Assembly (NCBI RefSeq): GCF_009914755.1
Contig: NC_060930.1
Strand: one strand, 5' to 3'
Origin: the human T2T-CHM13v2.0 reference genome, Homo sapiens
DNA length: 64,000 bases
In this document: positions 49,501 through 64,000 of the stretch, piece after piece
Layout of the letters: every line of letters starts with the position of its first letter
How positions within the stretch are numbered: position 1 is the stretch's first letter
The notes under the pieces: generated by a model
The model's database searches: none
The model's input: only the letters and a program-made list of their open reading frames with translations
Told to the model about the DNA's origin: nothing
Program-made: the position numbers and the translations under genes

Positions 49501-49657
49501 TCTTACTATGTGTCAGGCATCAAACTAGATGCAAGGTTACAACAGTGAACAAAAATTTCACAGTATGGGATATTTGATAAGTAGGCTTCAACTAGGGTGT
49601 ACTAGTCTCTAGGGGGCATTGTTCAAAATTTTGGGGTGCAATTGTACAGTTACATTA

Positions 49658-50073
<416 letters not shown>

Positions 50074-50170
50074 CTACATTCTGTATGTTGACTGTCCCTC
50101 TGGATATTCATGTAGGCAAAAAATCCAGTTATAATGATCTGAATCTAGAACTTGTCTGTTTCACATATAA

Positions 50171-50374
<204 letters not shown>

Positions 50375-50522
50375 TAGTAGAGACGGGGTTTCACCGTGTT
50401 AGCCAGGATGGTCTCGATCTCCTGACCTTGTGATCTGCCCTCCTCAGCCTCCCAATGTGCTGGGATTACAGGCGTGAGCCACCGTGCCCAGCCACTGCTT
50501 TTTTTTTTTTTTTTTTTTTTAG

Positions 50523-50813
<291 letters not shown>

Positions 50814-51444
50814 TAAATGAGGCACATGTGTATCTTTTGTTGGAGTTTCAGTTGCTTTTGACCTGCCACTATTAACAATTTACCAGAATAATAAATTCTT
50901 TGTAAAATAATTTCACTTATTTTGCTAGTAATGTAGATTTGGGAATAATCTATTCTTTACCAGATCCCAATAAAATAAAACATATAATGACAAAGAGTAA
51001 TATGGATATTTTACTGACTTTGTATTTTGGCAATGTTTCATGCCTCATTTGCCTGACAATTCATTGGATTAGTGCAACACTATGTTTTGTTGTTGTTGTT
51101 TGTTTGTTTTTTGTTTTTTGAGACTGAGTCTCGCTCTGTCGCCCAGGCTGGAGTGCAGTGGCGTGATCTTAGCTAACTGCAAGCTCCGCCTCCTGGGTTC
51201 ACGCCATTCTCCCGCCTCAGCCTCCCGAGTACCGGGACTACAGGTGCCTGCCACCACGCCCGGCTAATTGTTTGTATTTTTAGTAGAGATGGGGTTTCAC
51301 CGTGTTAGCCGGGATGGTCTTGATCTCCTGACCTCGTGATCCGCCCGCCTCGACCTCCCAAAGTGCTGGGATTACAGGCATGAGCCACTGCGCCCGGCAG
51401 GATTAGCGCAACACCATGTTTTAATGCAGTAAGTTCAGACTTAC

Positions 51445-51564
51445 TTTTCCAAGTATGTTGAGCCCTCTTTATTTTCTGTATTTTCATGCTTGAGTTAATA
51501 AATTGCAAAGTTTCCCTCTTTTGTTTGCTTTGTTTTCCTTTATATACCATTTGTTGGAGGTTCT
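51445..51564 (-). other. PXT1: PXT1 5' exon 2 (120 nt, upstream of the main ATG)
   Basis: Acceptor ccctctctttaaaaacAG (51565-51566) and donor AAA|GTAAGT (51444). A unique-sequence island between Alus. Confidence 0.8.
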
Positions 51565-51700
51565 CTGTTTTTAAAGAGAGGGGGATGAAAAGTAAATTAT
51601 CCCCTTGGGCTTGCGAAATAAAGTTTACCTATCTACTAAATAAATATCTCATAGCTTTCTGTGGTGGCTCAGTGGGTTATTGGAACTTTTTTTTTTTTGA

Positions 51701-51838
<138 letters not shown>

Positions 51839-52070
51839 TAATTTTTTGTATTTTTAGTAGAGACGGGGTTTCACCATGTTGGACAGGCTGGTCTCAAACT
51901 CCCGACCTCAGGTGATCCACCCGCCTTGGCCTCCCAAAGTACTGGGATTACAGGCGTCCGGCCTATTTTCTTTTCCAAATGCAGTTTATTTAAAACTCAT
52001 ATAAGGTGGCTGGGAGTGGTGGCTCACGCCTGTAATCCCAGCACTTTGGGAGGCGGAGGCGGGTGGATCA

Positions 52071-52352
<282 letters not shown>

Positions 52353-54119
52353 TCAGTATTAGGTTCAAGAATGAGACTTGTGTGTTCATAAACAAGAGGT
52401 CATGTGAGCTGCCAGAGCCAGTACATGGGATACGAAGGCCAGAGCCTGTTTGTAAACCATTAACAGGAATAACAAGAGATAAACATTATCAGTTTACACC
52501 CAGCCTCCGCCGAAACCCAGCGTAACACATTTCCACATTTCCTGACTCCCCTATCCTGACTCCCCACAGGATTCTGAGACCAGCCTGGGCAATATAGTGA
52601 GACTTCCTCTCTACAAATTAAAAAATTAGCTTGGGGTGGTGGCCTGCACCTGTAGTCCTAGCTACTCAGGAGGCTGAGGTGGGAGGATCACTTGAGCCCA
52701 GGAGGTTGAGGTTGCAGTGAGCCATGATCCCACCACTGCACTCCAGCCTGAGTGACAGGGCAAGACTCTGTCTCAGAAAACAAAAGAAAACGAACATTTA
52801 GCAAATTTAATTATTCGAGAGAGACAGTTCAAAATCTAGGGATTTTTGGTTTGTTTTTATATTTACTACATAAGCTTAGTCGGTAGAAATGAGGATTAGC
52901 TTTTTGTATGACAATTTACAATAGCTATTATTTAAAAAATATTTTTATTCTTAAGAGTCAACCTTGACCGGGCGTGGTGGCTTGCGCCTGTAATCCCAGC
53001 ACTTTGGGATGCCGAGGCGGGTGGATCACGAGGTCAGGAGATCGAGACCATCTTGGCTAACATGGTGAAACCCCATCTCTACTAAAAATACAAAAAATTA
53101 GCCGGGCACAGTGGCGGGCGCCTGTAGTCCCAGCTACTCGAGAGGCTGAGGCAGGAGAATGGCGTGAACCTGGGAGGGGGATTAAGTCCAGAAGATCGAG
53201 GCTGCAGTGAGTGGTGATCACCCAGCCTGAGCAACAAAGGGAGACACTGTCTCAAAAAAAAAAAAAGAAGAAGGTTTTGGTTTCAGATACAAATAAATAT
53301 CAGAGACTCGGGGTCTTGAGATACCTACATTAAATTAGAAATAAAATGATAAAAACCAGCAAACACCTATGCTTTCTGTGAATATACATTTCTCATATCC
53401 CGTCTCCTTGATGTCTGCCCAAAAAAGGTACCCAGTCTGATATGCTGTTCATTATATGAAATTTTAGCCAAAAGTTGAACCATTAACTATTAAAAGTCAT
53501 GTTATCACTTATTTATTTTGGATGATGGATAACGGGTGTTTATTATATCTTTCTGTATGCTTTAATTTCCAAAATGAAAGTGTTTAAAAAATAATAATAA
53601 GACTCGGTAGTTAGCCTGATTCTCCAAACTTCAGGCCAGATTTTTGTATACCACAAATCTGCAGCCAGTGCAGTGGCTCATGCCTGTAATCCCCAAACTT
53701 AGGGAGGCAGAAGCAGGAGGATAGCTTGAGCCTAGGAGTTCAAGACCTGCCTGGGCAACAGAATAAGAACTCCATTCTCCACAAAAAGAAAAAAAAAAAA
53801 AAAAAGAAAGACAATATACAAATCTACGGGAAGGAATCTTTCCAGAAAGGAAGAATTTGTTTCAAGAACTGTTTTGCAGGAATATCAGAAGGTTTTTTAT
53901 TTTTCTTTGACTCAAAGGCTGTAACACTGTACTTTATAAAAATGGAAATAAAGGCATTAGTTTGAACAATCCTCTATGCTGCTACTGTTGTAAAGTTTGG
54001 AGCCTATAACTCACTCAAATTGGTTTATAGCCATGTGTTTACTAAATCTTTTTTCATATTCCTTTTCTCCAGGCATACAGGAATTTATATCTCACAGCCT
54101 TCTTAGAGTCAGTCAGGTT

Positions 54120-54310
54120 GAGCCTGGTGACTAGTTCAGGACAGTGAAACGTCAGCAGAAGTGAAAAGGCCACTCACTTCTGGCAGAGGCAAAGGAGAGC
54201 CCTTACAGGATTCTCCAATCTAGCTCTTCTGCCAGCCCGGAAGTGCTGGGAGGGCAGAGCCACTGACGCAAGCAGCAGGGAAGCTGAGTCACCATGGGGA
54301 CGTGAGACTG
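54120..54310. promoter_or_regulatory. Candidate enhancer: ETS, CRE/CEBP-ATF and AP-1/ARE cluster
   Basis: CCGGAAGTG (54237-54245), TGACGCAA (54264-54271), GCTGAGTCAC (54283-54292), ACGTCA (~54149). Confidence 0.55.
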
Positions 54311-55211
54311 ACTTACAGATGACGAGTGCAGCCTCACAGCCTAGTCCATGTTGAGATAAACACAATACAGTCCTGCATACTTTATAGTCATAAACGAGGG
54401 AGAATAGAAATGGAAAATGACCCTCTAGGCCTCTAAGACCAAATTATAATGAAAAAATTTATGTCTTCAGTTTTGAAAATTAAATTTTTTGACCCTGATA
54501 AAACAAATTTGCTATACAAGTATCCGTTAACCGTGTGAAACCTACTGAGTCAAACTATTTTCTTACATTCCTTCCACTTCAACACCAATTCTAATCCAAT
54601 TCCAAATTAGTTTTCAGAGAGTCTCTTGTAAGGAAAAGGAAAATCGACTTCGAATTTTAAAATTTGTGCTATTATTAGTTTATAGAGCTTTCAACAATTT
54701 ACAAATAGTTTGCATAATCAGTATATTTAATTAGTATATATAGACATATATATATATATTTGAGAGGGAACTTCACTGCAACCTCCCAGTTGCCTCCTGG
54801 GTTCAAGTGATTCTCCTGCCTCAGCCTCCCAAACAGCTAGGGTTATAGGCGCCCACCACCACGCCCGGCTAATTTTTGTATTTTTAGCAGAGACAGGGTT
54901 TCATCATGTTGGCCAGGCTGGTCTGGAATGCCCAACCTCAGGTGATCTGCCCGCCTCGGCCTCCCAAAGTGCAAGGATTACAGGCGTGAGCCACCAAGCC
55001 CGGCCTAGTGTAATTTTTAAAAGTACAAAAGCCACTAGAAACCGTGACAATAAGAACTTCCTTTTGGGTTTTCCAGCATTTGGTTCATAGGACATGGACC
55101 ATATATAGATGTTTTTTGAATGCTGAAATCTTTTACTCATAACACAGTTTTCCCAGTAACTTGCTTCCGGTTGATTTAAAATTTGTAATACACCTTTGTA
55201 ATAGCAGGTAC

Positions 55212-55530
55212 CTTCATGAAACTCAGTATTTGAGAAAAATGTGGAGTTTTTCCCCCTTTCTTTTGGCCAGAATGTATATCCAGGGTAGTGACTTTCGAGC
55301 AAATGCGTTTAAGCAACTCCAGTATTCTTACTACGCTACCTCCAACCTCGCTCCACGCATGGGGAGATCAGGGTTCCACATTTTCGGGTAAGCATTAGCC
55401 GTCCTGGCGCTGCACGAGCGTATTCTACAATTCCGAAAACTACTAACTTTTCCGTCTGCAACCTTTAATAATTGAGAGGGTATGCGCAACTCAGAAAAGT
55501 GCGCCCGCTGAGGTTGGGTGCAGAGTGGAC
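55212..55530 (-). other. PXT1: PXT1 exon 1 (5' boundary approximate)
   Basis: Donor GAAG|GTACCT at 55212/55211, directly left of the CpG island. The start is inferred. Confidence 0.6.
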
Positions 55531-56150
55531 TGGAGGAAAGGCGACACCCATTTACGGTGCGGCCCCGGACGGGGTCCCCAGACACGGCCTTCCCGGCGTG
55601 CCACGCGCGGAGGGGACTCTTAACGTGAAGCGCTGGGTGACTCAGCCGCGTGGCCGCGCGGTCCGGGGCGGGGGGCGCGCGCCGCTGCGGCACAGCCGGT
55701 CCCGGCTGCGGCTTCTGGCTGCGCGGCCTGCGCGCGCCTCCCGGGCGGATTCCAGCCCCGAGCGGGACAGCGCGGCGGGGAGCGACGAGTAAGTGGCGGC
55801 GCGGTACGGTTTCGGGCGCGAAGACCGGGCAGGGAGAGTGTGGCGGCGGGCGTGGCCCGAGTCTTCCCTTTGTGGCCGAGGGGGCGTCTCCTCCGGACGC
55901 GGCGGCGGTTCGGACCCCCGAGTCGAAAGGCCGCGGGGCTGAGCTGGGCGCGAGGAACCTGTGTGCAGCGGCTTGATGGGCTCCTGTTTCCGCGCGGAGG
56001 GCAGAGTCTGGTGATCCTGGGGAGGGAGGCGACGCTGCGCCCAGGTGGTGGGCACAGCTGAAGTGTAACTTGACTGCTTGACTGCTTTTTGCAGGCCTCG
56101 GGTGGTTCATCCCGCCGGAGAGGAATGGCGAGAACCTGGAGTGTTGACTG
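55380..56150. promoter_or_regulatory. CpG island, bidirectional PXT1/KCTD20 promoter
   Basis: Very high CpG density. GC box ggggcggggg (~55665), GTGACTCAGC (55637-55646), GCGC-rich NRF1-like sites, and divergent splice donors on both strands. Confidence 0.85.
55677..55788 (+). other. KCTD20: KCTD20 non-coding exon 1 (start approximate)
   Basis: Strong donor CGA|GTAAGT at 55788/55789 inside the island. The name comes from the recalled head-to-head arrangement with PXT1. Confidence 0.7.
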
Positions 56151-57631
56151 GCAAAACATTTGCAGACGCGGTTTTTCTGGCAATTAATTGGCTCCATTAA
56201 AAATTAGGTAGTTGGTGGGGACTTCCTCCTGAACTCTGGAGCCGAGCGCATTTTGCTCGGTCTTTTCAGCCCTGTTTCCGCGTCTTCCTTCCCTGCCACC
56301 CGCAAATTGCCAGCTTTCATCCGTGGCTCTGAGTGCAAAAGAGCTGGGGAAAGCCTTAACCAGCAATTTTCTTTTAAATAAAACTTTGCTTTTTATAGCA
56401 GTGTCTTCAGGTTTAGAAGCCCAGTTCTGCACTATGAGAAAACTCTTCTATTTTGGAGTTTGTGATTCTTTCTGAAAATTCCTCAGTTGAAGAGATTTAT
56501 TTTTAAATAAGAATCTAGTGAACAAACTAACATGATAAACAAGGCTGTGAAGGAACTGTTTAACCAGCTTATGAAAATATGTCCCAGAGTCCTTAGTTTT
56601 GTTCCTGTTCGCTGTGCGAGAAGTTGAGGTAGTTTTTTAATGGTCTTCAAAACAAAGTGTTGTAGTAGTGTCTGTCGGATGTGATGAATCCAGAGTCAGA
56701 GGACTTCCGCTCAAGGCCCCCACCTGAAACCCCAATTCCTAGGCCATAGTTCTGAAACAGAAGATTGTTCCTTAGTAATAAGGTTGCAGTACCCTAGCAC
56801 CTCTTCCATAAATTTGATTCTAGAGATTTGTGATGGGTCCCTGAGTCTGGGATTTAAGCAAGCACCTGCACTCTTGGTCTGTTACTGATGATCCAGGGAC
56901 CGACCACACGTTGACAGACACCACCTTTAGGCTGGGCTGGGAATTTTAAAAACTGCCCAACAGCCTTAACCCTTTGTCGATGTTTTCCTCCCCTGCCCTA
57001 AACCAGTCGTAGGACAAGAAGCCCTGACTCTCCAGAAGCCAATATGAGAAAAGATAGTGCTTTTTTTGACCCTGACACGGGGTAGGAAATGATTTTCATG
57101 CATATTCCGATATTGCTCTGATGGTTTAGAGATAGCCCATTAATCTTTTCCTTCTGAGGGCTGCTTCTAGTATCATCAGAGCTTAATGCCATTAGGCCAA
57201 ATCTCCTCCGCCCAGCTCACTCAAGTCTCCCCATGGAACCAGGGCAGCCAATGCCATATAATTCCCATGGCCTTGACTGTCATATTATCTGGTATGTAGC
57301 AGTACTAGTAGCATTATGAGGGCTTTCAGTTCAGCTGGACGTTAATTTAGTCATCAAATACCTGCGTAATGCCTATTTTCCTCAAAGCACTGTAGTAGGC
57401 TGTTTTATCAACAGCATTGCAATATAGACACATATTTCTGGCACAGAGTTGCATTCCTCCTTTGAGGCAGAAATGAGGGCTGGATAAACTCCACTGCTGC
57501 CAAAAGGTTCTCTTTATTCATCCACAATTTGTTCCTTCCTGTTATGCCAGAAATACACGTACTATTCCAATAATCTCGTTTTCCTTAAGAAGTTAAGAAA
57601 TACATTGTATTAGGCCTAACTGTAGTAGTTA

Positions 57632-58108
<477 letters not shown>

Positions 58109-58695
58109 TTATCTTATTGAATCTTTTTCTGTTGATTCATAAAATGTCATGTCTTTCCTTCTGTAGCCCTGAGCTTCCTGATTGTTGTGTCTTCCTCTGG
58201 CCTTCAATCTGATCTTCCTGCCCCTCTTTGGCTAAGTGGAGTGAAATATTGAGGGGAATTGTTAGAATACCACATGATTTTTAGTTGGAAGATCCAGAGT
58301 CTTAGATATATGAGGCTTAGAGATATAAAGGAGCTTATTACAAATTTATCAAATGCAATCCTCTCAGATAAAGAATCTGAGAGATGAGATTGCAGAGTGA
58401 GGACTTCTGGCTCCTAGCCCAGTGTTCTTCCCACCAAATTAAATGCTTCAAAAGTAGAAAAGGTCCAGAGAAATTATAAGTAGATGGAGAAAAATGGAGA
58501 GACTTTCATATGACTACAAAAGCAATATTATCTTATCTGGAAAAATGGAGATTGAAGGAGGATATGATGTAACCATATAAATCATAAAAAGTGGGAGTAC
58601 TAATAATAAGGAACTCTTTGAAGCTTGAAATAAGTAGTGAAAGGACAAATAAGAGCAAGAGATAGCTATCTTGTAAAGCCCCAGAAATGTTATGA

Positions 58696-59072
<377 letters not shown>

Positions 59073-59974
59073 TAAAATATGTTAAATGCTTGAGCAATGC
59101 CCAGAATCTTTGGAAGTTGTCATCAAGAATATAACTATTGTCCTTATCAAACTTATTAGGTACCTCTGTGATAGAATTTAAGACTGATGGCTAGGTGTGG
59201 TGGCTTACGCCTGTTATCCCAGCACTTTGGGAGGTCAAGGGAGGAGGATTTCTTTAGCCCAGAAGTTCCAGACCATCCTGGGCAACACAGGGAGACCCTG
59301 TCTGTATTATTTTAAAAATTAAAAAACGAACAAAGAATTTAAGACTCATCTAACTACTAACCTCATCCAATGTGATATTTCTTAATGGAAAATGAGATTA
59401 TTGGGAATAGTACATGTATTTCTGGAATAGTAGGAAGGAAAGAATTACGGATGAAGAAAGAGGGCCTTTTGATGTTTTAGCTTGGAATCCCCAAATTAAA
59501 CACTGTAGGATTGATTGCTCTTATATATTCCTGAAAGTAGTAGAAATAAAAATAGTAATGGCTTAATAATTAGTATACGTTCTATACCAGCCACTTACTA
59601 AATGGTTTTACATCATTGTCCCATTTAATTATCTCCATTCTATAGATAAAGACTCTAAGACACAAGAGATTAAGTTTGCCTCAAATAATATACCTAATAA
59701 GTGGCTGAGCCTGTAGTAAAGTAAGTCCATTTGACTTCAAAGCCATTAAAATATATGCTCAAGAGTGTCCTAGTTATATTTCATTGGGAAGTGGTTAAGA
59801 ATGTGGGTTGTGGAGTCAGTGTTGCCTGGGTTCAAATCCTGACTCCTCCATTTACTAGGTTGGATAAAGTACTTTATCAGTTTCTGTCTCTGAAATAGAC
59901 AATAATAGTACCTACCTATCCCAGGATTTTTAGGATTGAGTTAATTCATGTAAAGTTCATAGAACTGTGCCTCA

Positions 59975-60145
<171 letters not shown>

Positions 60146-60484
60146 CTACTAAAAATTCAGAAAATTAGCTGGGCATGTTGGCATGCGACTGTAAGCCCAG
60201 TTACTGGGGAGGTTGAGGCATAAGCATTGCTTGAATCTGGGAGGCAGAGATTTCAGTGAGCCAAGATCGCACCACTGCACTCCAGTCTAGGCAACAGAGC
60301 GAGACTCTGTCTCAAAAAAAAAAAGAAAAAAATATAAAATTTTTGATATACTATTGTGCTTAGAAAGGAAGACATATTTATAATTTATTTCATGGTGGGT
60401 GCTGTAGCTCACACCTATAATCCCAGCACTTTGGGAGGCTGACATGGGCACATCGCTTGAGCCCAGGAGTTCGAGATCAGGCTA

Positions 60485-60796
<312 letters not shown>

Positions 60797-61214
60797 TTAC
60801 TAAAATTTTGGAAGGCATTGGAATGTAGTAGAAAGGTCCATGATCCAGGTCAGATGATTTGCTTCTAGTTGTCGCTGTCACTGCTAGCTCTGTGATTCTA
60901 GGTTCAAAATTTCTGTTTTACACAGAAGGTTGTGAGGATCAAATGAACTAACAAATAGGAATGAAATTTGAATTTTATATGCTATACAAATGTAAAATAC
61001 CATTTTAAAAATTATGGAGGAAAGTTACAATGAATTATTGTTGCATAGATTATTGAAAGTTCAATTTCCTTAGAATAAAACAGGTAGTAACTTACACCTC
61101 TATGTGAAGATCACAGTACATATCTTAAAATTATCTAAGACACCCTCCATGTGTTTGTCTCAAATCTCTTTTTTACAGGGAGAACGTGAAATTTAATTTT
61201 TGCAGTTGTATCTG

Positions 61215-62544
61215 TGTATTGGTTTGCTAAGGCTGCCAAAGCAAAGGACCACTGTCTGGGTGGTTTGAACAACAGAAATCTATTTTCTCACAATTTTGGA
61301 AGCTAGAAGGCCAAGATGGTGTCAGGAGGGTTTGTTTTCTTCTGAGGCCTCTGTTTGACTTGTAGATGGCCATTTTCTTCTCCCTGTGTCTTTGTGTCCG
61401 GAATTTATTCCTTCCAGTGGGTTCTTGGTCTCACTGACTTCAAGAATGAAGCCGCGGAGCCTCGCGGTGAGTGTTACAATTCTTAAAGATGGTGTGTCCA
61501 GAGTTTGTTCCTTCACATGTTCAGATGTGTCTGGAGTTTCTTCCTTCCAGTGGGTTCGTGGTCTTGCTGACTTCAGGAGTGAAGCCGCAGACCTTCTCAG
61601 TGAGTGTTACAGCTCTTAAAGGTGGCGTGTCTGGAGTTGTTTGTTCCTCCCGGTGGGTTCGTGGTCTTGCTGACTTCAGGAGTGAAGCTGCAGACCTTTG
61701 CAGTGAGTGTTACAGCTCATAAAGTTAGTGCAGACCCAAAGAATGAGCAGCAGCAAGACTTATTGTGAGGAGCGAAAGAATAAAGCTTCCACAGTGTGGA
61801 AGGGGTTCTGAGCGGGCTGCTGCTGCTGGCTCAGGTGGCCAGCATTTAGTCCCTTATTTGGCCCTGTCCGTGTCCTGCTGATTGGTCCATTTTACAGAGT
61901 GCTGATTGGTCCATTTACAAACCTTTAGCTAGACACAGAGCGCTGATTGGTGCGTTTTTACGGAGTGCTGATTGGTGCATTTATAAACCTTTAGCTAGAC
62001 ACAGAGCACTGATTGGTGCGTTTTTACAGAGTGCTGATTGGTGCATTTACAAACCTTTAGCTAGACACAGAGCGCTGATTGATAGACACAGAGCGCTGAT
62101 TCATGCGTTTTTACATAGTGCTGATTGGTGCGTTTACAATCCTTTAGCTAGACACAGAGTGCTGATTGGTGTGTTTTTACAGAGTGCTGATTGGTGCATT
62201 TATAATCCTTTAGCTAGACACAGAGCACTGATTGGTGCGTTTACAATCCTTTAGCTAGGCAGAAAAGTTCTCCAATTGCGTTTACAATCCTTTAGGCAGA
62301 AAAGTTCTCCAAGTCCCCACTCGACCCAGGAAGTCCAGCTGGCTTCACCTCTCATCTTCACATTGTCATCCCTCTGTTTATGTGTTCTACTCGCCCCATT
62401 TTGAGGACTCCAGACATATTGGATTAGGGCCCACCTTAATGACTTCGTTTAAAAGGCACTGTCTCCAAATACAGGCACATTCTGAGGACTAGGGGTTAGG
62501 GCTTCACATATGAATTTTGAGGGAGACACAGTTCAGCCCCGACA
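61215..62544 (-). mobile_element. MLT1-family MaLR LTR split by LTR12
   Basis: tgtattggtttgctaaggctgcc...aacaacagaaatctattttctcaca ... ggattagggcccacc...cacagttcagccc. Confidence 0.75.
61393..62354 (-). mobile_element. LTR12-family (ERV9) solo LTR
   Basis: The minus strand begins TGAGAGGTGAAGCCAGCTGGACTTCCTGGGTCGAG and ends CCGGACACA. 4-bp TSD TCTT (61389-61392 / 62355-62358). Tandem CCAATCAG repeats. Confidence 0.92.
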
Positions 62545-62664
62545 ATCTGTTTAAGAAGTTATGTGTTGGTGGCCGGGCGCGGTGGCTCACGCCTGTAATC
62601 CCAGCACTTTGGGAGGCTGAGGCGGGCGGATCACAAGGTCAGGAGATCGAGACCATCATGGCTA

Positions 62665-63229
<565 letters not shown>

Positions 63230-63556
63230 CTACGCCATGAGGCCCAGGCAGCATTCTTTTTCACGTGACTGGCTTTACCTGTTCTTCAGAACCATGCTTA
63301 CTTTTGTATACCCTGAGAAGCATATTATGCCTCTGTATAAATCATTGTGTTATGTTATATTTAAGATTATCCTGTTAGCCTACTGAATAATGTGCTTGAA
63401 AAACTATTCCATACATTAACCTAAATTCCTAATTCATCTATTAAGCTCATTTCTTCTTTAATCTAGATGGAAGAATGTCAAACTATTTTATGTGATAATA
63501 TATTGTTTTCTGATTAAACTTTAAAAATTTTCTCTTAAACTGTTTCAAGCAGTTTT

Positions 63557-63886
63557 AAAAATTTATTTTATCTTATTTTACTTTTTAAGAGTTAGAAGTC
63601 TTGCTGTGTTGCCCAGGCTGAAGCATAGTAGCTATTCACAGTCTTGATCCCACTACTGATCAGCACAGGAGTTTTGACTTGCCTGTTTCCAGCCTGGGTC
63701 AGTTCTCCCCTCCTTAGGCATCCTGGTGGATCCCTGCTCCTGGGAGGTCACCATTGATGCTAAATTTGGTGCAGACACCTGATTGACATAGCGCACTACA
63801 GCCCAGAACTTCTGGGCTCAAGTGATCCTCCCACCTCAGCCTCCTAAGTAGCTGGGGCTACAATAGTGTGCCATGGAACCTAGTTA
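63557..63886 (-). pseudogene. 7SL (SRP RNA) processed pseudogene
   Basis: Contains the S-domain that Alus lack (gctattcacag..gatcccactactgatcagcac...ggaggtcacca). Degenerate poly(A) and TSD caagcagtttt (63546-63556 / 63887-63897). Confidence 0.9.
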
Positions 63887-64000
63887 CAAGCAGTTTTTAA
63901 GAAACCATTCCAATGATTCCAATGTTTTCTTGAGAAGGTATCTGTTTTTAGAGATACATTTTCATTTTTCCTTATTTTAAAGATAATAACACATTCATTT

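Noticed and set aside
55331-56197. 288-aa minus-strand ORF and overlapping 100-190-aa ORFs
   Set aside because: CpG-island artefacts: few stops in GC-rich DNA, Pro/Arg/Ala-rich, open in several frames, no recognisable domain.
61870-62310. Regular repeat array resembling CRISPR or a minisatellite
   Set aside because: These are the normal U3 CCAAT tandem repeats of LTR12, with no unique spacers, in a eukaryotic context.

Overview
Human (primate) genomic DNA, very Alu-rich, with three CpG islands (~1-700, ~35560-35900, ~55380-56150). Three minus-strand exons with canonical splice sites (38189-38357, 12738-12868, 4050-4154) join into a 134-aa ORF that I recognise as PXT1, a peroxisomal, testis-specific BH3-only-like protein. 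Two upstream 5' exons are also visible (~55212-55530 and 51445-51564). From recalled gene order (ETV7 - PXT1 - KCTD20, 6p21.31), the left island is the ETV7 promoter, with a GAS/ISRE composite, and the right island is the PXT1/KCTD20 head-to-head promoter. No ETV7 or KCTD20 coding sequence lies in the window. The remainder is Alu, L1, L2, MIR, CR1, Tigger3, Charlie/MER, MER52, MLT1, LTR12 and a 7SL retrocopy. Main unexplained signals: (1) PXT1 exons 1-2 carry one stop-free frame that a 13-nt tandem duplication at the start ATG shifts out of frame with PXT1, suggesting a lost N-terminal extension that is now an overlapping uORF. (2) Several short (85-225 bp) locally templated insertions show template-switch, fold-back or permuted junctions. 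(3) An orphan housekeeping-type CpG promoter sits inside PXT1 intron 3. (4) A CCAAT-rich LTR12 points at PXT1. Gene names and repeat families come from memory and by-eye reading, not from database searches.
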